From IMG/VR virus record IMGVR_UViG_2558860994_000004, positions 16,767 to 80,766 of that record: a DNA stretch of 64,000 nucleotides; one strand, 5' to 3'. Each line of letters begins with the position of its first letter. Position 1 is the stretch's first letter. Below the pieces are notes generated by a model. The model was given only the letters and a program-made list of their open reading frames with translations. It had not been told where the DNA came from and did no database searches. This stretch comes from a virus (Duplodnaviria > Caudoviricetes). A program made the position numbers and the translations under genes. Positions 27,898-38,076 of this stretch are shown piece by piece.

Positions 27898-28281
27898 TTA
27901 TTTTTTAGGGGGTTTGTCGTTATCGTAAACCCCTTCGATAATTAACTGGGAATCCGTTTCAAGCAAAACGCACACCTGAGCGTGATAATCCAGGTCATTA
28001 ACGATTTTGATAGCTTCTTCAACATCATCAAATTTCTTAGCCAAAATCGGAGTACGCGCATAAGCACGCTTGATCATCATATTATTTTCTTCAAATTTTG
28101 CTAGAAATTCATCTGGTTCAGGCAAATGAACCACATAGCCGTTAAAGCTAGTGTTATCAGGCAGGCCCAGTTCTTTAATCGTGTCTTTTAAATTGCGTGG
28201 CCTAAGGTCATATTTTTCAGCCAGCGTTTCAGCCTGTTTTTTTCGTTCTTCAAAATTCCCGCGTTGCTTGGCCTGACCCAT
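27898..28281 (-). CDS. Hypothetical protein (moron)
   Basis: 127 aa antisense low-GC ORF starting MGQAKQRGNFEERK. Confidence 0.7.
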   Translation of the reverse strand: MGQAKQRGNFEERKKQAETLAEKYDLRPRNLKDTIKELGLPDNTSFNGYVVHLPEPDEFLAKFEENNMMIKRAYARTPILAKKFDDVEEAIKIVNDLDYHAQVCVLLETDSQLIIEGVYDNDKPPKK

Positions 28282-28316
28282 ATTTCATACTCAATAAAAA
28301 GATTAAATATTTATAT

Positions 28317-28357
28317 TGGAACTACCCACCTTTTGCAAATTTTAAATAACGCACACT
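28317..28357 (+). promoter_or_regulatory. Putative late promoter
   Basis: TGGAACT at 28317, CACACT at 28352. Confidence 0.7.
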
Positions 28358-28386
28358 AGACGCATCAAAGCATTTCGAGAACAACA

Positions 28387-29037
28387 ATGCGTCAGTCCAA
28401 CCCAATCTTAGCTCATCAGCTGGAAGCCGATGCACAGGCCATGCTGCAACTGGGTTCCCCACTTCTATCATGTCAGGGGATGTTTGTACCGCGTGACATG
28501 CCGGAACTACGCTTTTTATTTAAAAGTGGCCCGCGTCCAATTATCACCAATAGTGATCCTGCTGAAACTCACATGGCTGGCGGCAATGTGATTATCACCG
28601 CAGGTTGCCCTGTGACCAAGTACACGGGCAATTTACAAATCATTGTGACCGAAGCTTGTCATGAGCAATTGTTCGCTGAATATATCGTGGCCAGTGGCGG
28701 GATACTGGATGTGTGCGATTTTTATGATGGGCGCGTCGATAGCTTTACCGCTGCCTACGAACTTAAAAACTGTGCAATTCGCTTTGAGCCTGGCGAATGG
28801 GATAGTGAGAGCAAATCGCAGACCCAAATCATATCCGCGCCTATTGATTACAACTACTACGGCAATTTTGCCAGCATTGGCGTCAATGGCACCGTATTGC
28901 CCGGTAAGCGCAAGGTTGAAGGCGTGGACGACCTGATTAACAGAGTTGAACGTGTAGTCCGTACGGCACAGTCTGCTACTAGCCTTGCACGTAATGCCGT
29001 CAGTGTTGGTCGCCAAATCGGTTCTTTGTTTGGGTAA
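28387..29037 (+). CDS. Tail tube protein (P1 Tub-like)
   Basis: Beta-rich 216 aa; YELKNCAI..WDSE..IDYNY resembles recalled P1 Tub. Confidence 0.65.
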   Translation: MRQSNPILAHQLEADAQAMLQLGSPLLSCQGMFVPRDMPELRFLFKSGPRPIITNSDPAETHMAGGNVIITAGCPVTKYTGNLQIIVTEACHEQLFAEYIVASGGILDVCDFYDGRVDSFTAAYELKNCAIRFEPGEWDSESKSQTQIISAPIDYNYYGNFASIGVNGTVLPGKRKVEGVDDLINRVERVVRTAQSATSLARNAVSVGRQIGSLFG

Positions 29038-29088
29038 GCAGGGACAGCATGCGGGAGTTTTCCCGCATGCCGCATAGGGTGAGTTGAT

Positions 29089-29541
29089 ATGGCCATGATC
29101 TTAAATCCTTATAACGGGACGCATTATCCAGATGCAGAGGCAGGCACAATTGAAAGTCTGGCATTGCATTTACAGCTTGAGTTGACTGGCAGCGGTTACT
29201 CATTGCTGGATGAAGATGTACTGCGCCTGTACCTCACTGAAACCCAGTATTACGCAGCGTGGGCAACCCTTGAATGCCAGAAGAAAGCGACAAGTCTATT
29301 TATATTGGATAAGGACATTGAATTAATGGCTTTTGAATGGGCCATTATTGATCCTGTTATCCGGGCACACTGCAACCTGATGCAGGCTCACTTAATTGAA
29401 GCGTGCAGTAGTCTGGGCTGGCCGGGTTTTAATTTAACAGTGACTGAAGCTGACCAGATTTATAAGGAAGAGCGTGAAAAGCTGCAAAAAGCTGCTTTTT
29501 GTGAAAAGCCTTTTAGCTTCAAAACCCTGAGCGGCCTGTAA
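29089..29541 (+). CDS. Putative head-tail/neck protein
   Basis: 150 aa in late operon after tube. Confidence 0.5.
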   Translation: MAMILNPYNGTHYPDAEAGTIESLALHLQLELTGSGYSLLDEDVLRLYLTETQYYAAWATLECQKKATSLFILDKDIELMAFEWAIIDPVIRAHCNLMQAHLIEACSSLGWPGFNLTVTEADQIYKEEREKLQKAAFCEKPFSFKTLSGL

Positions 29542-30431
29542 TGCGGATAACTTTACTGGCCAGCAACCGGAATATTTCCGCCTCTGAATTGTTGAGTTGT
29601 ACGCAGCGCTTTGACCTGACGCCAATGCCGACCCATGTTGAGTTGGTCGTACAGTCCACCGCAGAAATGGATGAGCAGCTTAAAGAAGGCCGTGAAATTC
29701 TAGTGGGTGATGTACTGGCACCATACGAACTGATTTATGTAGACCCGGTTAAATCCCAGCACATCAAGGAAGGTCGCCGTATTGGTGGTATTCCCTGTAT
29801 TGCTGCATTAGCGGGTTGTAAACGCTTGATTGAAGCTAGCACCAAGCCCGTGATTGAAACCCAGACTTCTTTTAATTCTGCGATTCGTGCTTGTGGCGCT
29901 AAAACATCGCTGGGTGATGATCTGCCTCTACCGAAATTTATCTGTTTAAAGGGCACAAGGCCATCAAATCGGCTTGCCATGTATTTGCAGCAAGAAGCGG
30001 CAGTGATGTGCTTTAGAAACAATAAAATGGCAGCAGTCAAAATTGACATGCTGTTAAACCAGAAACCCATGCTAAAGCTAGACCCCAGTGCAGTGCAATG
30101 GATAGAAAGCCAGACTCTGGAAAACATGCATAAGTCGTCGTATGTGTCTATTGATTCTGATGGGGTTACAGTTTTGGGAGAGGATACGACACTTGGGCAG
30201 CAGGTGATTCAGCGTGCAGGCCTTGATGCCCGCCAACTTAAAAACCTAGAAAAAGTCTTAATGCTGCGCGGAGTAATGATCAGGCCATTTAGTCCGACCT
30301 GGCGTGCTGGCGACGTGGTTGAGATTAATCGCAAGAAATATGTGTTTTTAACTGTGGCCCATCATGTTGCGACCGCTGCGTTAGGTGGTGCATCGGCAAT
30401 GGCTACAAAGGTTTGGCTGGCCAGCCTGTAG
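29541..30431 (+). CDS. Baseplate hub-like protein
   Basis: 296 aa; ends with AGDVVEIN..FLTVAH pattern seen in hub/gpD-like proteins. Confidence 0.55.
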   Translation: MRITLLASNRNISASELLSCTQRFDLTPMPTHVELVVQSTAEMDEQLKEGREILVGDVLAPYELIYVDPVKSQHIKEGRRIGGIPCIAALAGCKRLIEASTKPVIETQTSFNSAIRACGAKTSLGDDLPLPKFICLKGTRPSNRLAMYLQQEAAVMCFRNNKMAAVKIDMLLNQKPMLKLDPSAVQWIESQTLENMHKSSYVSIDSDGVTVLGEDTTLGQQVIQRAGLDARQLKNLEKVLMLRGVMIRPFSPTWRAGDVVEINRKKYVFLTVAHHVATAALGGASAMATKVWLASL

Positions 30432-30438
30432 GAACGAT

Positions 30439-30819
30439 ATGAATACCACAAAGATTTTAGGTGAAGCAGTTGGGGTGCAATATCAAGAAATACAAGATCA
30501 TTCTGAAACTGATGTTGGGTCAATCCTTACCAGTGCTTTAATCATTGGACGTTTTAAGCGTGGCGAAGTAGGCCGGGCAATGAATATCCATCAAGGCAAT
30601 ATTAGGGGCATGCTGGGTTATGACCCTAAAAATCTTGATTACATCGCTGTGCAAGATTGCCTTGATGCAGGTGTGTCTAGTGTGATGGTGCTTCGAGTAT
30701 CTAATTTAGAAAGTATTGAACCCGAAGAATTTAGTTTTTTAAGAGCAGAACAGTCAGACGAGCTAATCCTGTTTGACGGCGACCTATCACCTATCCTTAT
30801 TGAAAGCGGAGTTACTTAA
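30439..30819 (+). CDS. Stand-alone tail sheath N-terminal-like domain (copy 2)
   Basis: MNTTKILGEAVGVQ identical start to 21563..21850; IIGRFKRGEVGR, YIAVQDCLDAGV shared. Confidence 0.7.
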   Translation: MNTTKILGEAVGVQYQEIQDHSETDVGSILTSALIIGRFKRGEVGRAMNIHQGNIRGMLGYDPKNLDYIAVQDCLDAGVSSVMVLRVSNLESIEPEEFSFLRAEQSDELILFDGDLSPILIESGVT

Positions 30820-32306
30820 TGGCCAATCAATCCATATCCCAGCGGCCAGAAGCCACTACACTCAAAGATAATGACCTCATCCCAATTAGCCAGAAACAAC
30901 CGAATGGCAGCTATCTGACCTGTAAAGTCACTGCCGATAAGCTCAAAGGTGCATCATCGTATCAGCAGTGGTTTAACCAGAATACGTCTGAGAATACCTA
31001 CCTGACAATGCAGAGTATTCAGCAAATCCAGCAGGTATCAAATTACAATAGTATTAGCAGCTTTATTGCTGCAACTAACCTAAACAGTACTTACAACAAT
31101 TGGGCGCAGAACAATCTGGAAGTACAGTTAGGCTATTTGACTGATAGTGACTTGCTGGAACAGTTCAATACTTTTTTACAAGCCGACAGTAGCCGGACGT
31201 TTAATGATTTTCTCGTTAATCAAAACCTGTCTGCGAGCTTTAACTCATGGCTTACTGCAAACCAGTCTGATTTGTTTGCTTCATTTGCCCAGAATACAGA
31301 AGCCCTTGCTGCTTACACCAGCTATCTTCAAACCCATGCTCAAGCAACGATACAGCAGTTTTTAAGCAATATCGGTGCGCAGGACGGGTTTAATAACTGG
31401 CTAGAGGCGCGTGTTGATAAACTCACCGAAGACGCATTTAACCGCATGATGGAAGGTAAAACCAGTAAGCCCGTTCCTGCATCCAAGTTTGAAAAGTTCT
31501 GGATCAGCCTGTGCGGTATATACCAGCCATCTAGTCCGCCTGCACCCAGTGATTTATTGGTCAATGCAATTGCACTGCCCACTGATATTTTCTTTGATCG
31601 GAATGAAAAGCATCAGGTTTCTCCGATTGATGAAAATATCCCTAATTTCATGCTAACCAGTAGTACTGGTTTCTGGATCAGGGATGCAGGCCATTACACT
31701 GAAGATGGTATTCATACAGAAGAACCTATAGAGCTGACTGTTACCCCGAATGGTGACTTTGCTCCTTTTAATTGGCTTGATGCTGGCCAGCGCTTATATG
31801 TTAAAGCTGGAAGTACCCTTGAAGTTGGTTGGGCTGATACACCTGCTGCTATGGCATTAAAGACTGTGACGCTGGTTGCCAAGAAGAAAGTAGAAGTAGA
31901 GTCAGATACAGCAGTCGTGAAGTTATCGGGCTGGTTTAAGATTTATGACAGCGTCAAGGGCTGGGTGCTGATGTCAACAGCGAGTGGCGCTCTGCCTGCC
32001 ATATTGAGTCTGGGTGATGTTGCATTCTTTAGTGATAAGTTTTTATTTCAGGATTCGATGCTATCTAACTTCTTTTATAACGACTTTTCAGCCGTTGCTA
32101 CAGATTATGACCCGATATTCTATCAGCATGGCACTGTCACTATTAAGAATATGTCAGGAATTGATCGTGTGTTGACACTCGTTCCTTATAACCAGGGTAC
32201 TACCTATATCAGTTCAGTCGATGAAAACCCGAATGACCTGCCATCTAATATACAGATTAATGGTGGGGTTATTGCCATTAATCTAACCGCCAATCAGGAT
32301 GCCTAA
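30819..32306 (+). CDS. Fibre/appendage-like virion protein with helical repeats
   Basis: N-terminal ISQRP..DLIPISQ..KVT fibre-type start; repeated F/Y-N-x-W/F-L units. Confidence 0.55.
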   Translation: MANQSISQRPEATTLKDNDLIPISQKQPNGSYLTCKVTADKLKGASSYQQWFNQNTSENTYLTMQSIQQIQQVSNYNSISSFIAATNLNSTYNNWAQNNLEVQLGYLTDSDLLEQFNTFLQADSSRTFNDFLVNQNLSASFNSWLTANQSDLFASFAQNTEALAAYTSYLQTHAQATIQQFLSNIGAQDGFNNWLEARVDKLTEDAFNRMMEGKTSKPVPASKFEKFWISLCGIYQPSSPPAPSDLLVNAIALPTDIFFDRNEKHQVSPIDENIPNFMLTSSTGFWIRDAGHYTEDGIHTEEPIELTVTPNGDFAPFNWLDAGQRLYVKAGSTLEVGWADTPAAMALKTVTLVAKKKVEVESDTAVVKLSGWFKIYDSVKGWVLMSTASGALPAILSLGDVAFFSDKFLFQDSMLSNFFYNDFSAVATDYDPIFYQHGTVTIKNMSGIDRVLTLVPYNQGTTYISSVDENPNDLPSNIQINGGVIAINLTANQDA

Positions 32307-33213
32307 TATGTTCCTAATCACAACAGTATTAAGGCCCAAGCCAAAGCAGGTGATGATTGGCTGCGAGGGTGCAATAGAACTTGTGCATTTGGGCGGGTTT
32401 TATGGTTGCTGGACAGTTCTGATTAATGGCGTACCTTTAGATGTTCCACCTTACGAGGTAGGTAATGGTACGACGATTGAAAACTGGTGGAGTGAGATAA
32501 TTCAGGCAATCCGGGAAGATGGCAGGGTATCAATTAAGTATGTTGGGGAATTACATACGATCTGGAGCAATAACACGACTGAGTATGTGCGTATAGAGCT
32601 GATTGGTTTACCAAACCCTGATTCTCCGAATTTATCAGCCATCAATGATTATCCTGATGTTTCACCAGATGAATTAAACCCGACACGGTTACTTGAAAAT
32701 CCGGTGGAAAATTTTCCAGAATCATTTAGTAAGGTTTCATTCTGCCTTGCCCCTTCGACCTGTGCTGCGCAGGGTGCAGATATCATCATTAACCGTTCTA
32801 TTCCATTGCCTGCTGGAACGTATTACATGGAATACCAGCTGAACGAGGGTAACTGGCAGCGTATTGAAAAGACTTATTCAGTGCAAAAACATGCTGATGA
32901 TGTAGGTATGGATTTATTTAGAATCTTTGATGAATCCGGCTGGGCATTAATTGATACAAATGGCGGTGGTAATGGCACACTTGATGAAGATGGTCTACGT
33001 CGTCACCCGACACCTTTTGAATCATACCGGGCGAGGGCTGAAATCAGGGATGCACCGTTAGTTCCTGATATTCAGCCTGAACTGGCAATTCGTAAACCAA
33101 CAACATTGAAGTTTAGAACGTCACTGGGTACAGGTACTGATGCGGTGCAACTGTATTTCGGTGGTGATGTCGAGCTGCATGCGTGTACGTATGCATTCTG
33201 GCCCGGTCTTTAA
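32299..33213 (+). CDS. Hypothetical beta-rich virion accessory protein
   Basis: 304 aa, two related modules each ending in FCL/YAFW; coupled to previous gene. Confidence 0.55.
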   Translation: MPNMFLITTVLRPKPKQVMIGCEGAIELVHLGGFYGCWTVLINGVPLDVPPYEVGNGTTIENWWSEIIQAIREDGRVSIKYVGELHTIWSNNTTEYVRIELIGLPNPDSPNLSAINDYPDVSPDELNPTRLLENPVENFPESFSKVSFCLAPSTCAAQGADIIINRSIPLPAGTYYMEYQLNEGNWQRIEKTYSVQKHADDVGMDLFRIFDESGWALIDTNGGGNGTLDEDGLRRHPTPFESYRARAEIRDAPLVPDIQPELAIRKPTTLKFRTSLGTGTDAVQLYFGGDVELHACTYAFWPGL

Positions 33214-33263
33214 TTTAATTCTTTATCCAGCCGCCTTCGGGCGGTAAATCTTAGGACAACAAA

Positions 33264-33776
33264 ATGTTTGGTTTTCCCCGCGCTAAAATCCTGAGCTATA
33301 ACCAGAAGGCCCGGACAGCCCAGATTCATATTTATGGTATGACAGATGGGGCCAGTGAAGGTTTAGAAGCCACATTTGCTTATCCGGTTGGTGATGACGA
33401 CCTTGATACCGAACGCGAAATATTGGTCGGTGCAGACGTGTATATCTTCTTTCAAAATGGTGATGAAGGCTTACCAGTGGTCTGGAGCTACAGCAGTCAC
33501 GGTGAGGGAGCCGTTGAAGATGTGCGCCGGATCCGGCAGAAAAATATTGAAATTCTTGGGCGTGAAAATGTACTGGTTGAAGCCCCTATAGTAACAATTA
33601 AGGCCCATCTCGTGCTTGAGGGTGATTTTACTCACACAGGCGACCAGACGACAACGGGCAAGATCACAGCCACAGAAGATGTGATAGGTGGCGAAGTATC
33701 TCTTAAATCCCATCCTCATAGTGGAGTCAGACGTGGGTCTGAACAAACTGACCCACCCATGCCTACTGGAACCTAG
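33264..33776 (+). CDS. Baseplate spike (gpV-like)
   Basis: OB-fold start and C-terminal SLKSHPHSGVRRG HxH metal-binding tip. Confidence 0.85.
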   Translation: MFGFPRAKILSYNQKARTAQIHIYGMTDGASEGLEATFAYPVGDDDLDTEREILVGADVYIFFQNGDEGLPVVWSYSSHGEGAVEDVRRIRQKNIEILGRENVLVEAPIVTIKAHLVLEGDFTHTGDQTTTGKITATEDVIGGEVSLKSHPHSGVRRGSEQTDPPMPTGT

Positions 33777-33807
33777 CCCATTTCCATAAAATCCATTCAG
33801 CCAAAAT
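33767..33807 (+). promoter_or_regulatory. Putative late promoter for portal gene
   Basis: TGGAACC at 33767, CAAAAT at 33802. Confidence 0.75.
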
Positions 33808-33827
33808 AAGCCTTAAATTGGTGAATT

Positions 33828-35462
33828 TTGGCAACAAGAATGGCAGTTTCAGATGTTTTAGCAATCTTGCTCGGTGCAGGCTCCGCTGCTTCAGCACCGT
33901 CGCCTATCGTCGGGGCAGCTCAAGAAAGTATGGCGCATATGTATGACGCCGCTGCGCCATTTTCGCTAGGCACCCATCAAACCAAAAATAATAAGAAACG
34001 TACCCGCAAGGAAATCATGACCAAATGGGAGCAAATGCTTAAGTTTGCCCCTATTGCTGAAAGTATGGGAATCCATAGCACCGCTGCACTGGGTGGTGAT
34101 GAGCACACCAGCCAGCAAGTATTCATTAAGCCTGCTGAACGCCTGCAAAAAGCCGACAACCCTGTTTTAAAAGCACAGCTTGCCAAACTTGAAAAACGTA
34201 TCAAGCCGATGGAGCGGCTGATCAATCAGCATATTCTTAAACTGTGTTTTGATGCCTGCGGCTTTGGCGATTCCTATGCCCGTGTATATGGGAAAAAAGG
34301 CATTGGCGTCGTGGATATGATGTGTAACGAATACACCTATCCACCGCTGGTTTTACCGTTTGAGCAGGGTAGTAAAACGCTGGTCTATCATTTGTTGGAC
34401 GCCCGAAACTGGACGAATACCAGTTCAAAATTAGGGGCGCGACAAATGATCCGCATGAAAATGCCGCGGATTCTGCACGTTCCCCAGCATGAAATCATTG
34501 AAGGCGTGCTTGTTGCCAAGATGATGGAAGAGGACGACCCGGACAATTTGCCGCTTTTCCCAGCGCATGTGGGTGGCTCATTTTTAATTGCCATTGAAGA
34601 AATTTTTGACAATGTGATTCGTGCGCTAGCGGCAATGAATACACAGCAGGTTGCTGATGCAGTCAACCAGATGTTTTTAACCATGAACATGGCCGGTATG
34701 CCACCGGCACAGCGTGAAGCCTACAAGCAAGGGCTTGAAGGCATGTTACGTGAGCATGAACAGTTTGTTAAGAATGCATTAGATGGCGGCGAAGCACTTT
34801 ACACCACGAAATACCACGTATTGCCAACATGGGATGAAAAGCAAATTTTAAACCCGATTGGCGATATCAAGGGCCAGCGTAGTACAGCCATTAATATTGA
34901 AACTTTTATGATTGACGTACGCTTGCTTATGGGGGGCCTTGGTCTGGACCCGTCCATGGTAGGCTGGGCTGATATGTTATCCGGTGGAATAGGTGATGGT
35001 TCCGCGTCCCTGACGTATTCAAGCCAGGTGATGCGCCGTTCCATGATGATACGGCAGTCCTCAAGCCAAATGGTTAATGACTTGCTTAAAATTGACTGGG
35101 GCTATGCCTATAACGAAGATTTTGACAATGAACTGGATTATCCATGGCAAGTGGTCTTTCATTCTGATCAGACTGCAGCAGCCAATGAAATCCAGACGAC
35201 CAAGCAAACCCGCATGAATACATTGCTGATTAAGACGCAGGTCATTACCGCGATTAAAGACGCAGGGCTTAATGAAGAAAATACCGCACTACTGTTAGAG
35301 CGTGACGGGGGGATGGATTACGACGAAGCCCAGAATCTGGCTAAAGATATTACCAGCGCCCGGGAAAAAGCCTTAGAGGATGGCCAAAATCCCAATGGCA
35401 ATCCACAGGATGACAACTTAAATCCTGAACCAGAAAATGACGACGAAGAGGACGGCATTTAA
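33828..35462 (+). CDS. Portal protein, P1 Prt-like
   Basis: GLGLDPSMVGWADMLSGGIGDG and WQVVFHS match recalled P1 Prt; TTG start. Confidence 0.8.
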   Translation: MATRMAVSDVLAILLGAGSAASAPSPIVGAAQESMAHMYDAAAPFSLGTHQTKNNKKRTRKEIMTKWEQMLKFAPIAESMGIHSTAALGGDEHTSQQVFIKPAERLQKADNPVLKAQLAKLEKRIKPMERLINQHILKLCFDACGFGDSYARVYGKKGIGVVDMMCNEYTYPPLVLPFEQGSKTLVYHLLDARNWTNTSSKLGARQMIRMKMPRILHVPQHEIIEGVLVAKMMEEDDPDNLPLFPAHVGGSFLIAIEEIFDNVIRALAAMNTQQVADAVNQMFLTMNMAGMPPAQREAYKQGLEGMLREHEQFVKNALDGGEALYTTKYHVLPTWDEKQILNPIGDIKGQRSTAINIETFMIDVRLLMGGLGLDPSMVGWADMLSGGIGDGSASLTYSSQVMRRSMMIRQSSSQMVNDLLKIDWGYAYNEDFDNELDYPWQVVFHSDQTAAANEIQTTKQTRMNTLLIKTQVITAIKDAGLNEENTALLLERDGGMDYDEAQNLAKDITSAREKALEDGQNPNGNPQDDNLNPEPENDDEEDGI

Positions 35463-36040
35463 TGGCTGATCAATATGGGGTTTGGTCTGGCATGCCGATT
35501 GAAGAGGCCATCGGCTACTATGAGTCGTTGTATGCCATTGGTACGCTATCGGCCATTCATTATGGGGTAGAGTTGCGGCCCTTTGATGAAAACGGAAAAA
35601 TCGCCAAAAGCCCAGATGTGACCCTGTTTAATAACTTTTGGTTGCCGTGGCTGGCCACCAGTATTGATTTATCGGTACTGGATGCACAAAGTGATAGTGC
35701 CAAGGTCGGTCACTACCAGTTGAACTATCTCACTGGCAATGGTTCTGGTGAAATTTCCATACCGTTCATTGAAACCCGCGCTGCTGATATTTTAAATAGT
35801 GCCAAAGCCATTAAAAAAATCGTGTTTCCCAAAGATGGTACTCAGGCGGTACCCGGTGATTACCTGATGCTGATGAAAATCTTTATCTATGACAAGCACA
35901 GCCGGTCAACACGGGTTTTTGAGGTTGATCACTTAGTTGCCTTGCAAGCCGGTAGTGTGCCTCTGGATGCCTCTAATGTGAATGGCGTGGCAACAGTCCA
36001 GCTTAACTTCTTAAAGATGTTTCCCATGCTGGTTGATTGA
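35462..36040 (+). CDS. Tube-like baseplate protein (BplB-like)
   Basis: 192 aa beta-rich, ISIPFIET..VQLNFLK. Confidence 0.5.
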   Translation: MADQYGVWSGMPIEEAIGYYESLYAIGTLSAIHYGVELRPFDENGKIAKSPDVTLFNNFWLPWLATSIDLSVLDAQSDSAKVGHYQLNYLTGNGSGEISIPFIETRAADILNSAKAIKKIVFPKDGTQAVPGDYLMLMKIFIYDKHSRSTRVFEVDHLVALQAGSVPLDASNVNGVATVQLNFLKMFPMLVD

Positions 36041-36041
36041 C

Positions 36042-36082
36042 TGGAACCTGCCAGAAACCCATCATTTTTAGCCTGACACAAT
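36042..36082 (+). promoter_or_regulatory. Putative late promoter for dar cluster
   Basis: TGGAACC at 36042, CACAAT at 36077. Confidence 0.75.
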
Positions 36083-36113
36083 AAGCCCAGTATTAAAAAT
36101 AGTGGGCTTTTTT
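36083..36113 (+). terminator. Intrinsic terminator between -10 box and darA start
   Basis: AAGCCCAGTATT-aaa-AATAGTGGGCTT then T-tract. Confidence 0.7.
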
Positions 36114-36114
36114 C

Positions 36115-38064
36115 ATGCGCCGGAATATCGATATTTTCACCCAGACTCATGCACCGCATTCCAGCCGGTTTGTGGCAGGTTTTGATTCCATTAACAGCGG
36201 GTCCTGTGCAGTAGGTTTTATTGCTGGCCAATATCGCCGTATCCCGGCGCTTGTGGCTGAAACAGCGACCGATGATGACCAATGGCGAGTTGTTAATCTA
36301 AAAGGCGGTAAGGGCAATGAAGCGCATTTTGATGCGATTGCGGTACTGGGCGCGGTAGATGATCAACAGGCAGCTGATATGACGTTAATGCAGTTTGGCC
36401 GCCTATTTGATTCTGTGGCTATGGATGTGCTGACAACCAATACCAATGGCCTAATGCGCCATTTAGATACCAGCCACTACCACGCTAAACCCAGCACCAT
36501 TGCCCCATGGCAACTTAAGGCCATGCAGGACGTGATTTGTGCTGAAAAACCTATGTGGGATGACATCAATCTGGTATCCCATAAAGGCCAAACCGCCAAT
36601 TTGCTGCTGGATATGCAACGCCATGATGACCACGATGGGTTGTTATCCCAGTTTGACGGATTGCCAAATTTGCTTGAGCAGCTTGGCGTTGAAGAGCCGG
36701 GCTTTGATGCGCTCATTGTGCAGTATCAATATCTTGAAAAGCTGACCGCACAATTGCATACCGCTATGAAAAATGCGGGCAAGGCTGGTGTGCAAGTGGT
36801 GAATGTCACCGTTAGCAAGCCATTCAAGCGTAACAAAGTGGCGCAAGTTGCGGTGACTTACGATATGGCAGACGGCCAGAGCGTCACGATTCTCTTTCAC
36901 AACCCTGACAGCACACCGTCCAAACTGGCGCCAGCTGATACGCTCATTTCATGGAAAATCCAGATGAATAACCGTGATATTACTGGCGCTATTCAACCGA
37001 ACCAGGGTGAAGGTATTGCCTTACCAGTGCTGGCTGGCCGTATTCTAAAACTGGTCAATCAGAATAGTGACCGGTTTAAGCGCTACCAGGTTAAAAAAAC
37101 AGAGCAGGCGCAGGCTTTGGCGGATGCCGAACAGCGTATCACTGATAAAACCGCCCTCGATAAAGCGCTGGACGACGAAATGACTGATTTACAGCAACAG
37201 ATTGATGCAGCCCATGAGCAGGCCAAGCAACAGCAGGAACTGGCTCAGCAAAATAGCGAAGTTCTTAAGGGGCTTATGGCTGATATTGCAGCAACTGCTG
37301 ATCTGGGTGAAGCCACTACCAAAAATTACTTCTTTAAAGAAAAAGAGGTGGATGGCACCAAGTTTCATTTGTCAGTAGACCCATTTGGTGATGGCCTGAC
37401 GGTTTGTTTATCAATCATGCCTGCCACTGGCGGCGAGCAGACAGAAGAACAGGCCTTTACGCTAGAACAACTGCAAAACGGTGGTTTTGAGGAAGCTAAG
37501 GCCTATCTAAAAACACTGGATGAAAAGTTTAATCAGGCCGTGGTTGAGGATGATTCGATTCCTGCTGAAGATATTCAGTTTGTGAGAGATATCGAGGCAG
37601 GCACGGTAGACGGTCTGGCCGAAGATAATTTCAAGCGCTTATATGGTATTGCTCAGGAAACCAAAAACAATGGGGATGAGGAAACCGAAGGCGCAGCAGT
37701 TAGTGCTGCAACGGTGATGGCCGAGAAACTTAAACCTGTTGCAACTGAAAAAGGTATCTCGCTTGAGCGCCTAAATACCGCGATTGATGATGAAGATGTA
37801 CTGGAAATCCTAGATTCCATTGAAGCCTTGCAAGCTGCCCTTAATGCAGCACCTGAACCTGAGCCTGAACCAGCTGCTAACCCGGATCAGGAGTTTCTGC
37901 AAAACATCATTGCAGGCACTGTGGACGCCACAACTGTTGATATGGATCACATCATAGAACTGGGCGAGAAGTACCCAGACGATGCAGCATTCAATGCATT
38001 GTATGAGCAGGCTCTCAATGCGATTAACAAGGCTGAGCAAGAAGCCGCCAAGAGTTTGGGTTAA
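36115..38064 (+). CDS. darA: Defence-against-restriction protein DarA
   Basis: DarA_N (PFKRNKVAQVAV..DGQSVTILFHNPDSTP..DITGAIQP) and DarA_C (DQEFLQNIIAGTVD..LYEQAL) domains. Confidence 0.85.
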   Translation: MRRNIDIFTQTHAPHSSRFVAGFDSINSGSCAVGFIAGQYRRIPALVAETATDDDQWRVVNLKGGKGNEAHFDAIAVLGAVDDQQAADMTLMQFGRLFDSVAMDVLTTNTNGLMRHLDTSHYHAKPSTIAPWQLKAMQDVICAEKPMWDDINLVSHKGQTANLLLDMQRHDDHDGLLSQFDGLPNLLEQLGVEEPGFDALIVQYQYLEKLTAQLHTAMKNAGKAGVQVVNVTVSKPFKRNKVAQVAVTYDMADGQSVTILFHNPDSTPSKLAPADTLISWKIQMNNRDITGAIQPNQGEGIALPVLAGRILKLVNQNSDRFKRYQVKKTEQAQALADAEQRITDKTALDKALDDEMTDLQQQIDAAHEQAKQQQELAQQNSEVLKGLMADIAATADLGEATTKNYFFKEKEVDGTKFHLSVDPFGDGLTVCLSIMPATGGEQTEEQAFTLEQLQNGGFEEAKAYLKTLDEKFNQAVVEDDSIPAEDIQFVRDIEAGTVDGLAEDNFKRLYGIAQETKNNGDEETEGAAVSAATVMAEKLKPVATEKGISLERLNTAIDDEDVLEILDSIEALQAALNAAPEPEPEPAANPDQEFLQNIIAGTVDATTVDMDHIIELGEKYPDDAAFNALYEQALNAINKAEQEAAKSLG

Positions 38065-38076
38065 GGGGGTAAAACG

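Noticed and set aside
33231-33244. CCGCC-TTCG-GGCGG hairpin
   Set aside because: Stable UUCG hairpin but no U-tract; cannot support a terminator call
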